The notes: generated by a model from the letters alone, not told the origin. A stretch of 64,000 nt of DNA from the human T2T-CHM13v2.0 reference genome, Homo sapiens (GCF_009914755.1 NC_060939.1), one strand, 5' to 3'; counted from the stretch's first letter, positions 12,101 to 27,570 are shown. Numbers and translations are program-made.

Positions 12101-13984
12101 ATTCGGTGCCATTCCATTCCACTCTATTCCATTCAAGTCCATTCCATTTGAGTCCATTCCATTCCATTCGATGCCATTACATTCAATTCTATTCCATTCG
12201 ACTCCATTCCATTCCATTCCTTTCCAAACGATTCCATTCCATTCTATTACTTTCTATTCCAATCCATTCCATTCCGTTCCATTCGTTTCCATTCCATTCG
12301 AGTCCACTCCACTCCAGTCCATTCCATTCGAGTCCATTCCATTCCAGTCCATTCCATTCAAGTCCATTCCACTCCATTCCACTCCATTCGATATCTTTCC
12401 ATAACACCGCATTCCATTCTGTTCCTTACAATTCAATTCAATTCCATTCCATTTGATTCCATTCCATTTGATTCCATTCCATTTGATTACATTCCATTCG
12501 ACTCCATTCCATTCAACTCTATTCCATTCAAGTCCATTCCATTCCATTCCATTGCATTCCGTTCGAATCCCTATTCCATTCCATTTCGTTCCAGTCCATT
12601 CCATTTGAGTCCATTCCATGCCAATCCATTCCATTCGATTCCATTCCAATTGATTCCATTGCACTGGAATCCAGTGCGTTCCATTCCATTGCTTTCCATT
12701 CTATTACATTCCATTGCATTACATTCCATTCCATTTGATTACATTCCATTCCATTCCATTAATTTCGAATCAATTACATTGCAATCCATTGCATTCGAGT
12801 TCTATTCCAGTCCATTGCATTCCGGCGCATTCCGTTCCATTCCATTCCATTCCATTCCATTCCATTCGAATCCATTGCATTGCAATGCTTTACATTCGAG
12901 TCCGTTTTATTCCAGTCCAATCCATTCTGGTCCATTCCGTTCGATTCCATTCCATTCGATGCCACTCCATACTATTGTATTTCATTCGATTCCATTCTAT
13001 TCAAATAAATTCCATTCGAGACCATTCGTTTCGAGTCCATTCTATTTGAGTCCATTCCATTTGAGTCCATTACATTTGGGTCCATTCCATTCAATTCCAT
13101 TGCAATCCATTCCATTCGATGTCACCCCATTCATTTCTATTCCATTAGAGTCCATGTCATTCGAGTCCATTCCATTCTATTCCATTCCACTCCATTCCAT
13201 TCCATTCCACTCCATTCCAATCGTTGCCGTTCCATTCAATTCTATTATATTCAACTCCATTTAATTCCATTCCATTCCATTCCATTCCATTCTATCCAAT
13301 TCCGTTCCATTCTATTCCTTTAAACTCCATTCCATTCCATTCCATTCGTTTCCATTCCATTCGAGTAAAGTCCACTCCAGTCCTTTCCATTCGAGTCCAT
13401 TCCTCTCCAGTCCATTCCGTTCAATCCATTCCATTCCAGTCCATTCCATTCGAGTCCGTTCCATTCCAGTCCGTTCCATTCGAGTCGATTCCATTCCATT
13501 TGATATCTTTCCATAACGATCCATTCCATTCTATTCCTTTCAATTCCATTCCATTCCATTCCATTCCATTTCATTCCATTCGATTCCCTTCCATTGGACT
13601 CCTTTCCATTCGAGTGCATTCCATTCCGTTCCATTTCTTTCTGTTCTGTATGATTCCTACTGTTCGATTTCATTTTGTTCCAGTCTATTCCTTTCACGTT
13701 CATTCCATTCCATTTCACTCCATTCGATTCCATTCCACTCGATTCCACTCCGTTCCATTTCACTACATTCCATTCTATTCAATTCTATTGCATTCCATTC
13801 CATTCCATTTGATTACATTCCATGCGATTCCATTCGAATTTGAATCAATTACATTGCAATCCATTACTATTGAGTCCGTTTTATTCCAGTCCACTCCATT
13901 CTGGTCCATTCCATTTGATTCCATTCCATTCTATTCCATTCCATACAGTTGCATTCCATTGGATTCCTTTCTATATCTATAAAT
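9200..13984 (+). repeat. Higher-order unit U3, 4785 bp (full length)
   Basis: Landmark at 9200 and 13985. Same order of unique motifs (CCATGCCATGCC, CAGAGTCC, CCCTGGAGA, TTTGTGCAC, CCGGCGC, GAGTAAAGTCC). Confidence 0.9.
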
Positions 13985-16900
13985 TCAATTCGAGACCATT
14001 GCTTTTGAGTCCATTCTATATGATTCCATTCCATTCAAGTCCATTACATTTGGTTCAATTCCATTCCATTCCATTCCCTTCCATTCCATTCCATTTGATA
14101 TCAATCCATTCGATTCCATTCCATTCGAGCACATTCCATTCGAGTCCATTCCATTCGATGCCATTCCATTTGATTCTATTCCATTAGTCTCCATTCAATT
14201 CCACTAATCTCCATTAAATTCCATTCTACTCCAACTGATTCCATTCCATTCTATTCCTTTCCATTCCATTCCATTCCATTCCATTCGCTTCCATTCCATT
14301 CGTGTTCATTCCACTCCAGTCCATTCCATTCGTGTCCATTCCATTCCAGTCCATTCCATTTGTGTCCACTGCATTCCATTCCACTCCATTCCATATTATT
14401 CCATTACACTCCATTCCATTCTATTACTTTCATTTCCATTCAATTCCATTCCATTTGATTGCATTCCACTTGGTTTCATTCCATTTGAGTCCATTCCATT
14501 CCATTCCATTCCATGCCATGCCATTCCATTCCATTCCATTCCATTCCATTCCATTCCATTCCATTCCATTCCATTCTGTACCATTCCATATTGTTCCATT
14601 CGATTCCTTTCGAATCCATTCCATTCCAGTCCATTCCATTCGATTCCATTCCATTACTTTCTATTTCATTCCTTTCAATTCCATTCCATTCCATTCCATT
14701 CCACTTGATTCCACTCCATTCCCTTCCACTGCATTCCGTTCGATTCCATTCCATTGCATTGCATTCCATTCCATTGCATTGCATTCCATTCGATTCCATT
14801 CCATTCCAATCAATTACATAGCAATCCATGACATTTTAGTCTATTCTATTCCGTTCCATTCGATTTCGTTCCAATCCATTCGATTCCATTCCATTCGATT
14901 CCATTCCATACTATTGCATTCCATTCGATTAAATTATATTCGAATAAATTCCATTCAAGACCATTTCTGTTGAGTCCATTCTACTTGAGTCCATTCCCTT
15001 TTATCCGATAACATTTGAGTCCATTCAATTCCATTCCTTTCGTTTCCATTCCATTTGATGCCATTCCATTCAATTCTGTTCTACTCGGCTCCAATACATT
15101 CAATTCCATTCCATCCGATTCCATTACATTCTTTTCATTTCTTATCCATTTCAAGCCATTCCATTCCATTCCATTCCATTCCACTCGTTTCCTTTCCATT
15201 CGAGTCCATTCCACTCCAGTCCATTCCATTCGAATCCATTTCACTCCAGTCCATTCCATTCGAATCCATTTCACTCCAGTCCATTAAATTCGAGTACATT
15301 CCATTCCATTCTATTCAATGCCATTCCATTCGATTCTATTCCATTCGACACCATTCCTTTCCATTCCGTTCCATCCGATTCCATTCCATTGTATTCCATT
15401 CAATTCCATTCCATTGCATTCCATTCCATTCCAATCGTTTCCATTCCATTCGAATTCATTCCACTCAAGTCCATTCCATTCGAGTCCATTCCATTCCAGT
15501 CCATTCCAACAGAGTCCATTGCTTTCCATTCCATTCGATATCTTCCCATTACAGTCCATTCCATTCTATTCCTTTGGTTCCCATTCAATTAAATTCCATT
15601 GGATTACATTTCATTCGATTCCATTCCATTCGACTCCATTCCATTCGAGTCCATTCCATTCCAGTCCATTCCATTCGATTCCATTCCATTCGATTCCATT
15701 CCACTCATTTCCACTCCGTTGCATTCCATTGCATTCCATTCCATTCCATTGGATTACATTCCATTCGATTCCATTCTATTCGAATCAATTGCATTGCAAT
15801 GCATTACATTCATGCCCTTTCTATTAAAGTCCAATCCATTATGGTCCATTCCATTCAATTCCATTCTATTCCATTCCATTCGAATCAATTACGTTGCAAT
15901 CCATCACATTCGAGTACGTTCTGTTCCAGTCCATTCAGTTCTGGTCTATTCCATTCAATTCCATTCCCTTTGATTCCATTCCATTTTTGTACATTCCATT
16001 GGATTCCATCTTATTGAAATAAGTTCTATTCGAGACCATTTCTTCGAGTCCAATCAATTTGAGTCCATTCCATTCGAGTCCATTACATCTGGGTCTATTC
16101 CATTCCATCCCATTCCGTTCGATGCCATTCAATTTGATTCTTTTCCATTCGTCTCCATTCCTTTCCATTCAGTTCCACCGGATTCCATTCCATTCTATTC
16201 CTTTCCATTTCATTGCATTCCATTCCATTCCCCTGGAGACCATTCCACTTCAGTGCATTCCATTCCAGTGTATTCCATTCCATTCCATTCTATTCCATTC
16301 CATTCGATATCTTTCCATTACACTCCATTCCATTGTATTCCTTTACAGTCCATTCAATTCCATTCTATTCGATTCCATTCAATTCAATTCCATTACATTC
16401 GACTCCATTTCATTAGTGTCCATTGCAATCCATTCCTTTCCATTTCTTTATGTTCTATTCCATTCCGTTCGATTCCATTTTATTCCAGTCCATTCCATTC
16501 GAGTCCATTGCATTCCAGTGCAATTCATTTGATTCCACTCCATTCGATTCCATTCCACTCAATTCCACTCCGTTCCATTCCTTTGCGTTCCTTTCTATTC
16601 CATTCCATTCCATTCCATTCCATTCCATTCCATTCCATTCCATTCCATTCCATTCCATTTGTTTACATTCCATTGAATTCCAATCCAGTTGAATCAATTA
16701 CATTGCAGTCCATTACATTCGAGTCTGTTCTATCCCAGTTCATTCGATTCTGGTGCATTCCATTCGATTCCATTCCATTCGATACCATTCCATACTATTG
16801 CAGTCCATTCCATTCCATTGTTTTCGAAACAATTCCAATTGAGACCATTCCTTTCGTGTCCATTCTATTTGACTCCATTCCATTTGAGTCCATTAAATTT

Positions 16901-18785
16901 GTGCACATTCCATTCCTTTCCATTCCATTCCATTCGGTGCCATTCCATTCCACTCTATTCCATTCAAGTCCATTCCATTTGAGTCCATTCCATTCCATTC
17001 GATGCCATTACATTCAATTCTATTCCATTCGACTCCATTCCATTCCATTCCCTTCCAAACGATTCCATTCCATTCTATTACTTTCTATTCCAATCCATTC
17101 CATTCCGTTCCATTCGTTTCCATTCCATTCGAGTCCAGTCCACTCCAGTCCATTCCATTCGAGTCCATTCCATTCCAGTCCATTCCATTCAAGTCCATTC
17201 CACTCCATTCCATTCCATTCGATATCTTTCCATAACACCCCATTCCATTCTCTTCCTTACAATTCAATTCAATTCCATTCCATTTGATTCCATTCCATTT
17301 GATTACATTCCATTCGACTCCATTCCATTCGACTCTATTCCATTCAAGTCCATTCCACTCCATTCCATTGCATTCCGTTCGAATCCCTATTCCATTCCAT
17401 TTTGTTCCAGTCCATTCCATTTGAGTCCATTCCATGCCAATCCATTCCATTCGATTCCATTCCAATTGATTCCATTGCACTCGAATCCAGTGCATTCCAT
17501 TCCATTGCTTTCCATTCTATTCCATTCCATTGCATTACATTCCATTCCATTTGATTACATTCCATTCCATTCCATTAATTTCGAATCAATTACATTGCAA
17601 TCCATTGCATTCGAGTTCTATTCCAGTCCATTGCATTCCGGCGCATTCCGTTCCATTCCATTCCATTCGATTCCATTCCATTCGAATCCATTGCATTGCA
17701 ATGCTTTACATTCGAGTCCGTTTTATTCCAGTCCAATCCATTCCGGTCCATTCCGTTCGATTGCATTCCATTCGATGCCACTCCATACTATTGTGTTTCA
17801 TTCGATTCCATTCTATTCAAATAAATTCCATACGAGACCATTCGTTTCGAGTCCATTCTATTTGAGTCCATTATATTTGGGTCCATTCCATTCAATTCCA
17901 TTGCGATCCATTCCATTCAATGTCACCCCATTCATTTCTATTCCATTAGAGTCCATGTCATTCGAGTCCATTACATTCTATTCCATTCCACTCCATTCCA
18001 TTCCATTCCACTCCATTCCAATCGTTGCCGTTCCATTCAATTCTATCATATTCCACTCCATTTAATTCCATTCCATTCCATTCCATTCCATTCTATCCAA
18101 TTCCGTTCCATTCTATTCCTTTAAAGTCCATTCCATTCCATTCCATTCATTTCCATTCCATTCGAGTAAAGTCCACTCCAGTCCTTTCCATTCGAGTCCA
18201 TTCCTCTCCAGTCCATTCCGTTCAATCCATTCCATTCCAGTCCATTCCATTCAAGTCCGTTCCATTCCAGTCCGTTCCATTCGAGTCAATTCCATTCCAT
18301 TTGATATCTTTCCATAACGATCCATTCCATTCTATTCCTTTCAATTCCATTCAATTCCATTCCATTCCATTTCATTCCATTCGATTCCCTTCCATTGGAC
18401 TCCTTTCCATTCGAGTGCATTCCATTCCGTTCCATTTCTTTCTGTTCTGTATGATTCCTACTGTTCGATTTCATTTTGTTCCAGTCTATTCCTTTCACGT
18501 TCATTCCATTCCATTTCACTCCATTCGATTCCATTCCACTCGATTCCACTCCGTTCCATTTCACTGCATTCCATTCTATTCAATTCTATTGCATTCCATT
18601 CCATTCCATTTGATTACATTCCATGCGATTCCATTCGAATTCGAAACAGTTACATTGCAATCCATTACTATTGAGTCCGTTTTATTCCAGTCCACTCCAT
18701 TCTCGTCCATTCCATTTGATTACATTCCATTCTATTCCATTCCATACAGTTGCATTCCATTGGATTCCATTCTATATCTATAAAT
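13985..18785 (+). repeat. Higher-order unit U4, 4801 bp (full length)
   Basis: Landmark at 13985 and 18786; colinear unique motifs. Confidence 0.9.
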
Positions 18786-21700
18786 TCAATTCGAGACCAT
18801 TGCTTTTGAGTCCATTCTATATGATTCCATTCCATTCAAGTCCATTACATTTGGTTCAATTCCATTCCATTCCATTCCGTTCCATTCCATTCCATTTGAT
18901 ATCAATCCATTCGATTCCATTCCATTCGAGCACATTCCATTCGAGTCCATTCCATTCGATGCCATTCCATTTGATTCTATTCCATTAGTCTCCATTCAAT
19001 TCCACTAATCTCCATTCCATTCCATTCTACTCCAACTGATTCCATTCCATTCTATTCCTTTCCATTCCATTCCATTCCATTCCATTCCATTCCATTCCAT
19101 TCGCTTCCATTCCATTTGTGTTCATTCCACTCCAGTCCATTCCATTCGTGTCCATTCCATTCCAGTCCATTCCATTTGTGTCCACTGCATTCCATTCCAC
19201 TCCATTCCATATTATTCCATTACACTCCATTCCATTCTATTACTTTCATTTCCATTCAATTCCATTCCATTTGATTCCATTCCACTCGGTTTCATTCCAT
19301 TTGAGTCCATTCCATTCCATTCCATTCCATGCCATGCCATTCCATTCCATTCCATTCCATTCCATTCTGTACCATTCCATATTGTTCCATTGGATTCCTT
19401 TCGAATCCATTCCATTCCAGTCCATTCCATTCGATTCCATTCCATTACTTTCTATTCCATTCCTTTCAATTCCATTCCATTCCATTCCATTCCACTTGAT
19501 TCCACTCCATTCCCTTCCACTGCATTCCATTCGATTCCATTCCATTGCATTGCATTCCATTCCATTGGATTGCATTCCATTCGATTCCATTCCATTCCAA
19601 TCAATTACATAGCAATCCATGACATTCGAGTCTATTCTATTCCGTTCCATTCGATTTCGTTCCAATCCATTCGATTCCATTCCATTCGATTCCATTCCAT
19701 ACTATTGCATTCCATTCGATTAAATTATATTCGAATAAATTTCATTCAAGACCATTTCTGTTGAGTCCATTCTACTTGAGTCCATTCCCTTTGATCCGAT
19801 AACATTTGAGTCCATTCTATTCCATTCCTTTCGTTTCCATTCCATTTGATGCCATTCCATTCAATTCTGTTCTACTCGACTCCAATACATTCAATTCCAT
19901 TCCATCCGATTCCATTACATTCTTTTCATTTCTTATCCATTTCAAACCATTCCATTCCATTCCATTCCACTCGTTTCCTTTCCATTCGAGTCCATTCCAC
20001 TCCAGTCCATTCCATTCGAATCCATTTCACTCCAGTCCATTCCATTAGAATCCATTTCACTGCAGTCCATTAAATTCGAGTACATTCCATTCCATTCTAT
20101 TCAATGCCATTCCATTCGATTCTATTCCATTCGACACCATTCCTTTCCATTCCGTTCCATCCGATTCCATTCCATTGTTTTCCATTCAATTCCATTCCAT
20201 TGCATTCCATTCCATTCCAATCGTTTCCATTCCATTCGAATTCATTCCACTCAAGTCCATTCCATTCGAGTCCATTCCATTCCAGTCCATTCCAACAGAG
20301 TCCATTGCTTTCCATTCCATTCGATATCTTCCCATTACAGTCCATTCCATTCTATTCCTTTGGTTCCCATTCAATTAAATTCCATTGGATTACATTTCAT
20401 TCGATTCCATTCCATTCGACTCCATTCCATTCGAGTCCATTCCATTCCAGTCCATTCCATTCGATTGCATTCCATTCGATTCCATTCCACTCATTTCCAC
20501 TCCGTTGCATTCCATTGCATTCCATTCCATTCCATTGGATTACATTCCATTCGATTCCATTCCATTCGAATCAATTGTATTGCAATGCATTACATTCATG
20601 CCCTTTCTATTAAAGTCCAATCCATTATGGTCCATTCCATTCAATTCCATTCTATTCCATTCCATTCGAATCAATTACATTGCAATCCATCACATTCGAG
20701 TACGTTCTGTTCCAGTCCATTCAGTTCTGGTCTATTCCATTCAATTCCATTCCCTTTGATTCCATTCCATTTTTGTACATTCCATTGGATTCCATCTTAT
20801 TGAAATAAGTTCTATTCGAGACCATTTCTTCGAGTCCAATCAAGTTGAGTCCATTCCATTCGAGTCCATTACATCTGGGTCTATTCCATTCCATCCCATT
20901 CCGTTCGATGCCATTCAATTTGATTCTTTTCCATTCGTCTCCATTCCTTTCCATTCAGTTCCACCGGATTCCATTCCATTCTATTCCTTTCCATTTCATT
21001 GCATTCCATTCCATTCCCCTGGAGAGCATTCCACTTCAGTGCATTCCATTCCAGTGTATTCCATTCCATTCCATTCTATTCCATTCCATTCGATATCTTT
21101 CCATTACACTCCATTCCATTGTATTCCTTTACAGTCCATTCAATTCCATTCTATTCGATTCCATTCAATTCAATTCCATTACATTCGACTCCATTTCATT
21201 AGTGTCCATTGCAATCCATTCCTTTCCATTTCTTTATGTTCTATTCCATTCCGTTCGATTCCATTTTATTCCAGTCCATTCCATTCGAGTGAATTGCATT
21301 CCAGTGCAATTCATTTGATTCCACTCCATTCGATACCATTCCACTCAATTCCACTCCGTTCCATTCCTTTGCGTTCCTTTCTATTCCATTCCATTGCATT
21401 ACATTCCATTCCATTTGATTACATTCCATTCCATTCCATTAATTTCGAATCAATTAAATTGCAATCCATTGCATTCGAGTTCTATTCCAGTCCATTGCAT
21501 TCTGGCGCATTCCGTTCCATTCCATTCCATTCGATTCCATTCCATTCGAATCCATTGCATTGCAATGCTTTACATTCGAGTCCGTTTTATTCCAGTCCAA
21601 TCCATTCCGGTCCATTCCGTTCGATTCCATTCCATTCGATGCCACTCCATACTATTGTATTTCATTCGATTCCATTCTATTCAAATAAATTCCATACGAG

Positions 21701-22684
21701 ACCATTCGTTTCGAGTCCATTCTATTTGAGTCCATTCCATTTGAGTCCATTACATTTGGGTCCATTCCATTCAATTCCATTGCAATCCATTCCATTCGAT
21801 GTCACCCCATTCATTTCTATTCCATTAGAGTCCATGTCATTCGAGTCCATTCCATTCTATTGCATTCCACTTCATTCCATTCCATTCCACTCCATTCCAT
21901 TCGTTGCCGTTCCATTCAATTCTAGTATATTCCACTCCATTTAATTCCATTCCATTCCATTCCATTCCATTCCATTCTATCCAATTCCGTTCCATTCTAT
22001 TCCTTTAAAGTCCATTCCATTCCATTCCATTCATTTCCATTCCATTCGAGTAAAGTCCACTCCAGTCCTTTCCATTCGAGTCCATTCCTCTCCAGTCCAT
22101 TCCGTTCAATCCATTCCATTCCAGTCCATTCCATTCGAGTCCGTTCCATTCCAGTCCGTTCCATTCGAGTCAATTCCATTCCATTTGATATCTTTCCATA
22201 AAGATCCATTCCATTCTATTCCTTTCAATTCCATTCAATTCCATTCCATTCCATTTCATTCCATTCGATTCCCTTCCTTTGGACTCCTTTCCATTCGAGT
22301 GCATTCCATTCCGTTCCATTTCTTTCTGTTCTGTATGATTCCTACTGTTCGATTTCATTTTGTTCCAGTCTATTCCTTTCACGTTCATTCCATTCCATTT
22401 CACTCCATTCGATTCCATTCCACTCGATTCCACTCCGTTCCATTTCACTGCATTCCATTCTATTCAATTCTATTGCATTCCATTCCATTCCATTTGATTA
22501 CATTCCATGCGATTCCATTCGAATTCGAATCAATTACATTGCAATCCATTACTATTGAGTCCGTTTTATTCCAGTCCACTCCATTCTGGTCCATTCAATT
22601 TGATTCCATTCCTTTTGATTCCATTCCATTCTATTCCATTCCATACAGTTGCATTCCATTGGATTCCATTCTATATCTTTAAAT
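18786..22684 (+). repeat. Higher-order unit U5, 3899 bp (~922 bp deletion at ~21390)
   Basis: Offset to U4 drops from 4786 (16455/21241) to 3864 (17590/21454). The TTTGTGCAC and CCTTCCAAACG landmarks are absent. Confidence 0.88.
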
Positions 22685-25600
22685 TCAATTCGAGACCATT
22701 GCTTTTGAGTCCATTCTATATGATTCCATTCCATTCAAGTCCATTACATTTGGTTCAATTCCATTCCATTCCATTCCCTTCCATTCCATTCCATTTGATA
22801 TCAATCCATTCGATTCCATTCCATTCGAGCACATTCCATTCGAGTCCATTCCATTCGATGCCATTCCATTTGATTCTATTCCATTAGTCTCCATTCAATT
22901 CCACTAATCTCCATTCCATTCCATTCTACTCCAACTGATTCCATTCCATTCTATTCCTTTCCATTCCATTCCATTCCATTCGCTTCCATTCCATTCGTGT
23001 CCATTCCACTCCAGTCCATTCCATTCATGTCCATTCCATTCCAGTCCATTCCATTTGTGTCCACTGAATTCCATCCCACTCCATTCCATATTATTCCCTT
23101 ACACTCCATTCCATTCTATTACTTTCATTTCCATTCAATTCCATTCCATTTGATTCCATTCCACTCGGTTTCATTCCATTTGAGTCCATTCCATTCCATT
23201 CCATTCCATGCCATGCCATTCCATTCCATTCCATTCCATTCCATTCCATTCCATTCCATTCCATTCTGTACCATTCCATATTGTTCCATTCGATTCCATT
23301 CGAATCCATTCCATTCCAGTCCATTCCATTCGATTCCATTCCATTACTTTCTATTCCATTCCTTTCAATTCCATTGCATTCCATTCCATTCCACTTGATT
23401 CCACTCCATTCCCTTCCACTGCATTCCATTCGATTCCATTCCATTGCATTGCATTCCATTCCATTGGATTGCATTCCATTCGATTCCATTCCATTCCAAT
23501 CAATTACATAGCAATCCATTACATTCGAGTCTATTCTGTTCCGTTCCATTCGATTTCGTTCCAATCCATTCGATTCCGTTCCATTCGATTCCATTCCATA
23601 CTATTGCATTCCATTCGATTAAATTATATTCGAATAAATTCCATTCAAGACCATTTCTGTTGAGTCCATTCTACTTGAGTCCATTCCCTTTGATTCCATA
23701 ACATTTGAGTCCATTCAATTCCATTCCTTTCGTTTCCATTCCGTTTGATGCCATTCCATTCAATTCTGTTCTACTCGACTCCAATACATTCAATTCCATT
23801 CCATCCGATTCCATTACATTCTTTTCATTTCTTATCCATTTCAAGCCATTCCATTCCATTCCATTCCATTCCACTCGTTTCCTTTCCATTCGAGTCCATT
23901 CCACTCCAGTCCATTCCATTCGAATCCATTTCACTCCAGTCCATTCCATTCGAATCCATTTCACTCCAGTCCATTAAATTCGAGTACATTCCATTCCATT
24001 CTATTCAATGCCATTCCATTCGATTCTATTCCATTCGACACCATTCCTTTCCATTCCGTTCCATCCGATTCCATTCCTTTGTATTCCATGCAATTCCATT
24101 CCATTGCATTCCATTCCATTCCAATCGTTTCCATTCCATTCGATTTCATTCCACTCAAGTCCATCCCATTCGAGTCCATTCCATTCCAGTCTATTCCAAC
24201 AGAGTCCGTTGCTTTCCATTCCATTCGATATCTTCCCATTACAGTCCATTCCATTCTATTCCTTTGGTTCCCATTCAATTAAATTCCATTGGATTACATT
24301 TCATTCGATTCCATTCCATTCGACTCCATTCCATCCGAGTCCATTCCATTCCAGTCCATTCCATTCGATTCCATTCCATTCGATCCCATTCCACTCATTT
24401 CCACTCCGTTCCATTCCATTGCATTCCATTCCATTCCATTGGATTACATTCCAGTCGATTCCATTCCATTCGAATCAATTGCATTGCAATGCAATACATT
24501 CATGCCCTTTCTATTAAAGTCCAATCCATTATGGTCCATTCCATTCAATTCCATTCTATTCCATTCCATTCGAATCAATTACATTGCAATCCATCACATT
24601 CGAGTACGTTCTGTTCCAGTCCATTCAGTTCTGGTCTATTCCATTCAATTCCATTCACTTTGATTCCATTCCATTTTTGTACATTCCATTGGATTCCATC
24701 TTATTGAAATAAGTTCTATTCGAGACCATTTCTTCGAATCCAATCAAGTTGAGTCCATTCCATTCGAGTCCATTACATCTGGGTCTTTTCCATTCCATCC
24801 CATTCCGTTCGATGCCATTCAATTTGATTCTTTTCCATTCGTCTCCATTCCTTTCCTTTCAGTTCCATCGGATTCCATTCCATTCTATTCCTTTCCATTT
24901 CATTGCATTCCATTCCATTCCCCTGGAGACCATTCCACTTCAGTGCGTTCCATTCCAGTGTATTCCATTCCATTCCATTCCATTCCATTCCATTCCATTC
25001 CATTCCATTCGATATCTTTCCATTACACTCCATTCCATTCCATTCCATTCCATTCCATTCCATTCAATTCGATATCTTTCCATTACACTCCATTCCATTG
25101 TATTCCTTTACAGTCCATTCAATTCCATTCTATTCGATTCCATTCAGTTCAATTCCATTACATTCGACTCTATTTCATTAGTGTCCATTGCAATCCATTC
25201 CATTCCATTTCTTTATGTTCTATTCCATTCCGTTCGATTCCATTTTATTCCAGTCCATTCCATTCGAGTCCATTGCATTCCAGGGCAATTCATTTGATTC
25301 CACTCCATTCGATTCCATTCCACTCAATTCCACTCCGTTCCATTCCTTTGCGTTCCTTTCTATTTCATTCTATTGCATTCCATTCCATTCCATTCCATTC
25401 CATTCCATTCCATTTGTTTACATTCCATTGAATACCAATCCAGTTGAATCAATTACATTGCAGTCCATTACATTCGAGTCTGTTCTATCCCAGTTCATTC
25501 GATTCTGGTGCATTCTATTCGATTCCATTCCATTCGATACCATTCCATACTATTGCAGTCCATTCCATTCCATTGTTTTCGAAAAAATTCCAAATGAGAC

Positions 25601-27570
25601 CATTCCTTTCGTGTCCATTCTATTTGACTCCATTCCATTTGAGTCCATTAAATTTGTGCACATTCCATTCCTTTCCATTCCATTCCATTCGGTGCCATTC
25701 CATTCCACTCTATTCCATTCAAGTCCATTCCATTTGAGTCCATTCCATTCCATTCGATGCCATTACATTCAATTCTATTCCATTCGACTCCATTCCATTC
25801 CATTCCCTTCCAAACGATTCCATTCCCTTCTATTACTTTCTATTCCAATCCATTCCATTCCGTTCCATTCGTTTCCATTCCATTCGAGTCCACTCCACTC
25901 CAGTCCATTCCATTCGAGTCCATTCCATTCCAGTCCATTCCATTCAAGTCCATTCCACTCCATTCCATTCCATTCGAAATCTTTCGATAACACCCCATTC
26001 CATTCTGTTCCTTACAATTCAATTCAATTCCATTCCATTTGATTCCATTCCATTTGATTACATTCCATTCGACTCCATTCCATTCGACTCTATTCCATTC
26101 AAGTCCATTCCATTCCATTCCATTGCATTCCGTTCGAATCCCTATTCCATTCCATTTTGTTCCAGTCCATTCCATTTGAGTCCATTCCATGCCAATCCAT
26201 TCCATTCGATTCCATTCCAATTGATTCCATTGCACTCGAATCCAGTGCGTTCCATTCCATTGCTTTCCATTCTGTTACATTCCATTGCATTCCATTCCAT
26301 TCCATTTGATTACATTCCATTCCATTCCATTAATTTCGAATCAATTACATTGCAATCCATTGCATTCGAGTTCTATTCCAGTCCATTGCATTCCGGCGCA
26401 TTCCGTTCCATTCCATTCCATTCGATTCCATTCCATTCGAATCCATTGCATTGCAATGCTTTACATTCGAGTCCGTTTTATTCTAGTCCAATCCATTCCG
26501 GTCCATTCCATTTGATTCCATTCCATTCGATGCCACTCCATACTATTGTATTTCATTCGATTCCATTCTATTCAAATAAATTCCATTCGAGACCATTCGT
26601 TTCGCGTCCATTCTATTTCAGTCCATTCCATTTGAGTCGATTACATTTGGGTCCATTCCATTCAATTCCATTGCAATCCATTCCATTTGATGTCACCCCA
26701 TTCATTTCTATTCCATTAGAGTCCATGTCATTCGAGTCCATTCCATTCTATTCCATTCCACTCCATTCCATTCCATTCCACTCCATTCCATTCGTTGCCG
26801 TTCCATTCAATTCTATTATATTCCACTCCATTTAATTCCATTCCATTCCATTCCATTCCATTCCATCCCATTCCATTCTATCCAATTCCGTTCCATTCTA
26901 TTCCTTTAAAGTCCATTCCATTCCATTCCATTCATTTCCATTCCATTCGAGTAAAGTCCACTCCAGTCCTTTCCATTCGAGTCCATTCCTCTCCAGTCCA
27001 TTCCGTTCAATCCATTCCATTCCAGTCCATTCCATTCGAGTCCGTTCCATTCCAGTCCGTTCCATTCGAGTCAATTCCATTCCATTTGATATCTTTCCAT
27101 AACGATCCATTCCATTCTATTCCTTTCAATTCCATTCAATTCCATTCCATTCCATTTCATTCCATTCGATTCCCTTCCATTGGACTCCTTTCCATTCGAG
27201 TGCATTCCATTCCGTTCCATTTCTTTCTGTTCTGTATGATTCCTACTGTTCGATTTCATTTTGTTCCAGTCTATTCCTTTCACGTTCATTCCATTCCATT
27301 TCACTCCGCTCGATTCCATTCCACTCGATTCCACTCCGTTCCATTTCACTGCATTCCATTCTATTCAATTCTATTGCATTCCATTCCGTTCCACTTGATT
27401 ACATTCCATGCGATTCTATTCGAATTCAAATCAATTACATTGCAATCCATTACTATTGAGTCCGTTTTATTCCAGTCCACTCCATTCTGGTCCATTCCAT
27501 TTGATTCCATTCCATTCTATTCCATTCCATACAGTTGCATTCCATTGGATTCCATTCTATATCTATAAAT
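22685..27570 (+). repeat. Higher-order unit U6, ~4886 bp (full length, internal 60-bp duplication)
   Basis: Landmark at 22685 and ~27571. GATATCTTTCCATTACACTCC occurs twice (25011, 25071). Confidence 0.87.
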
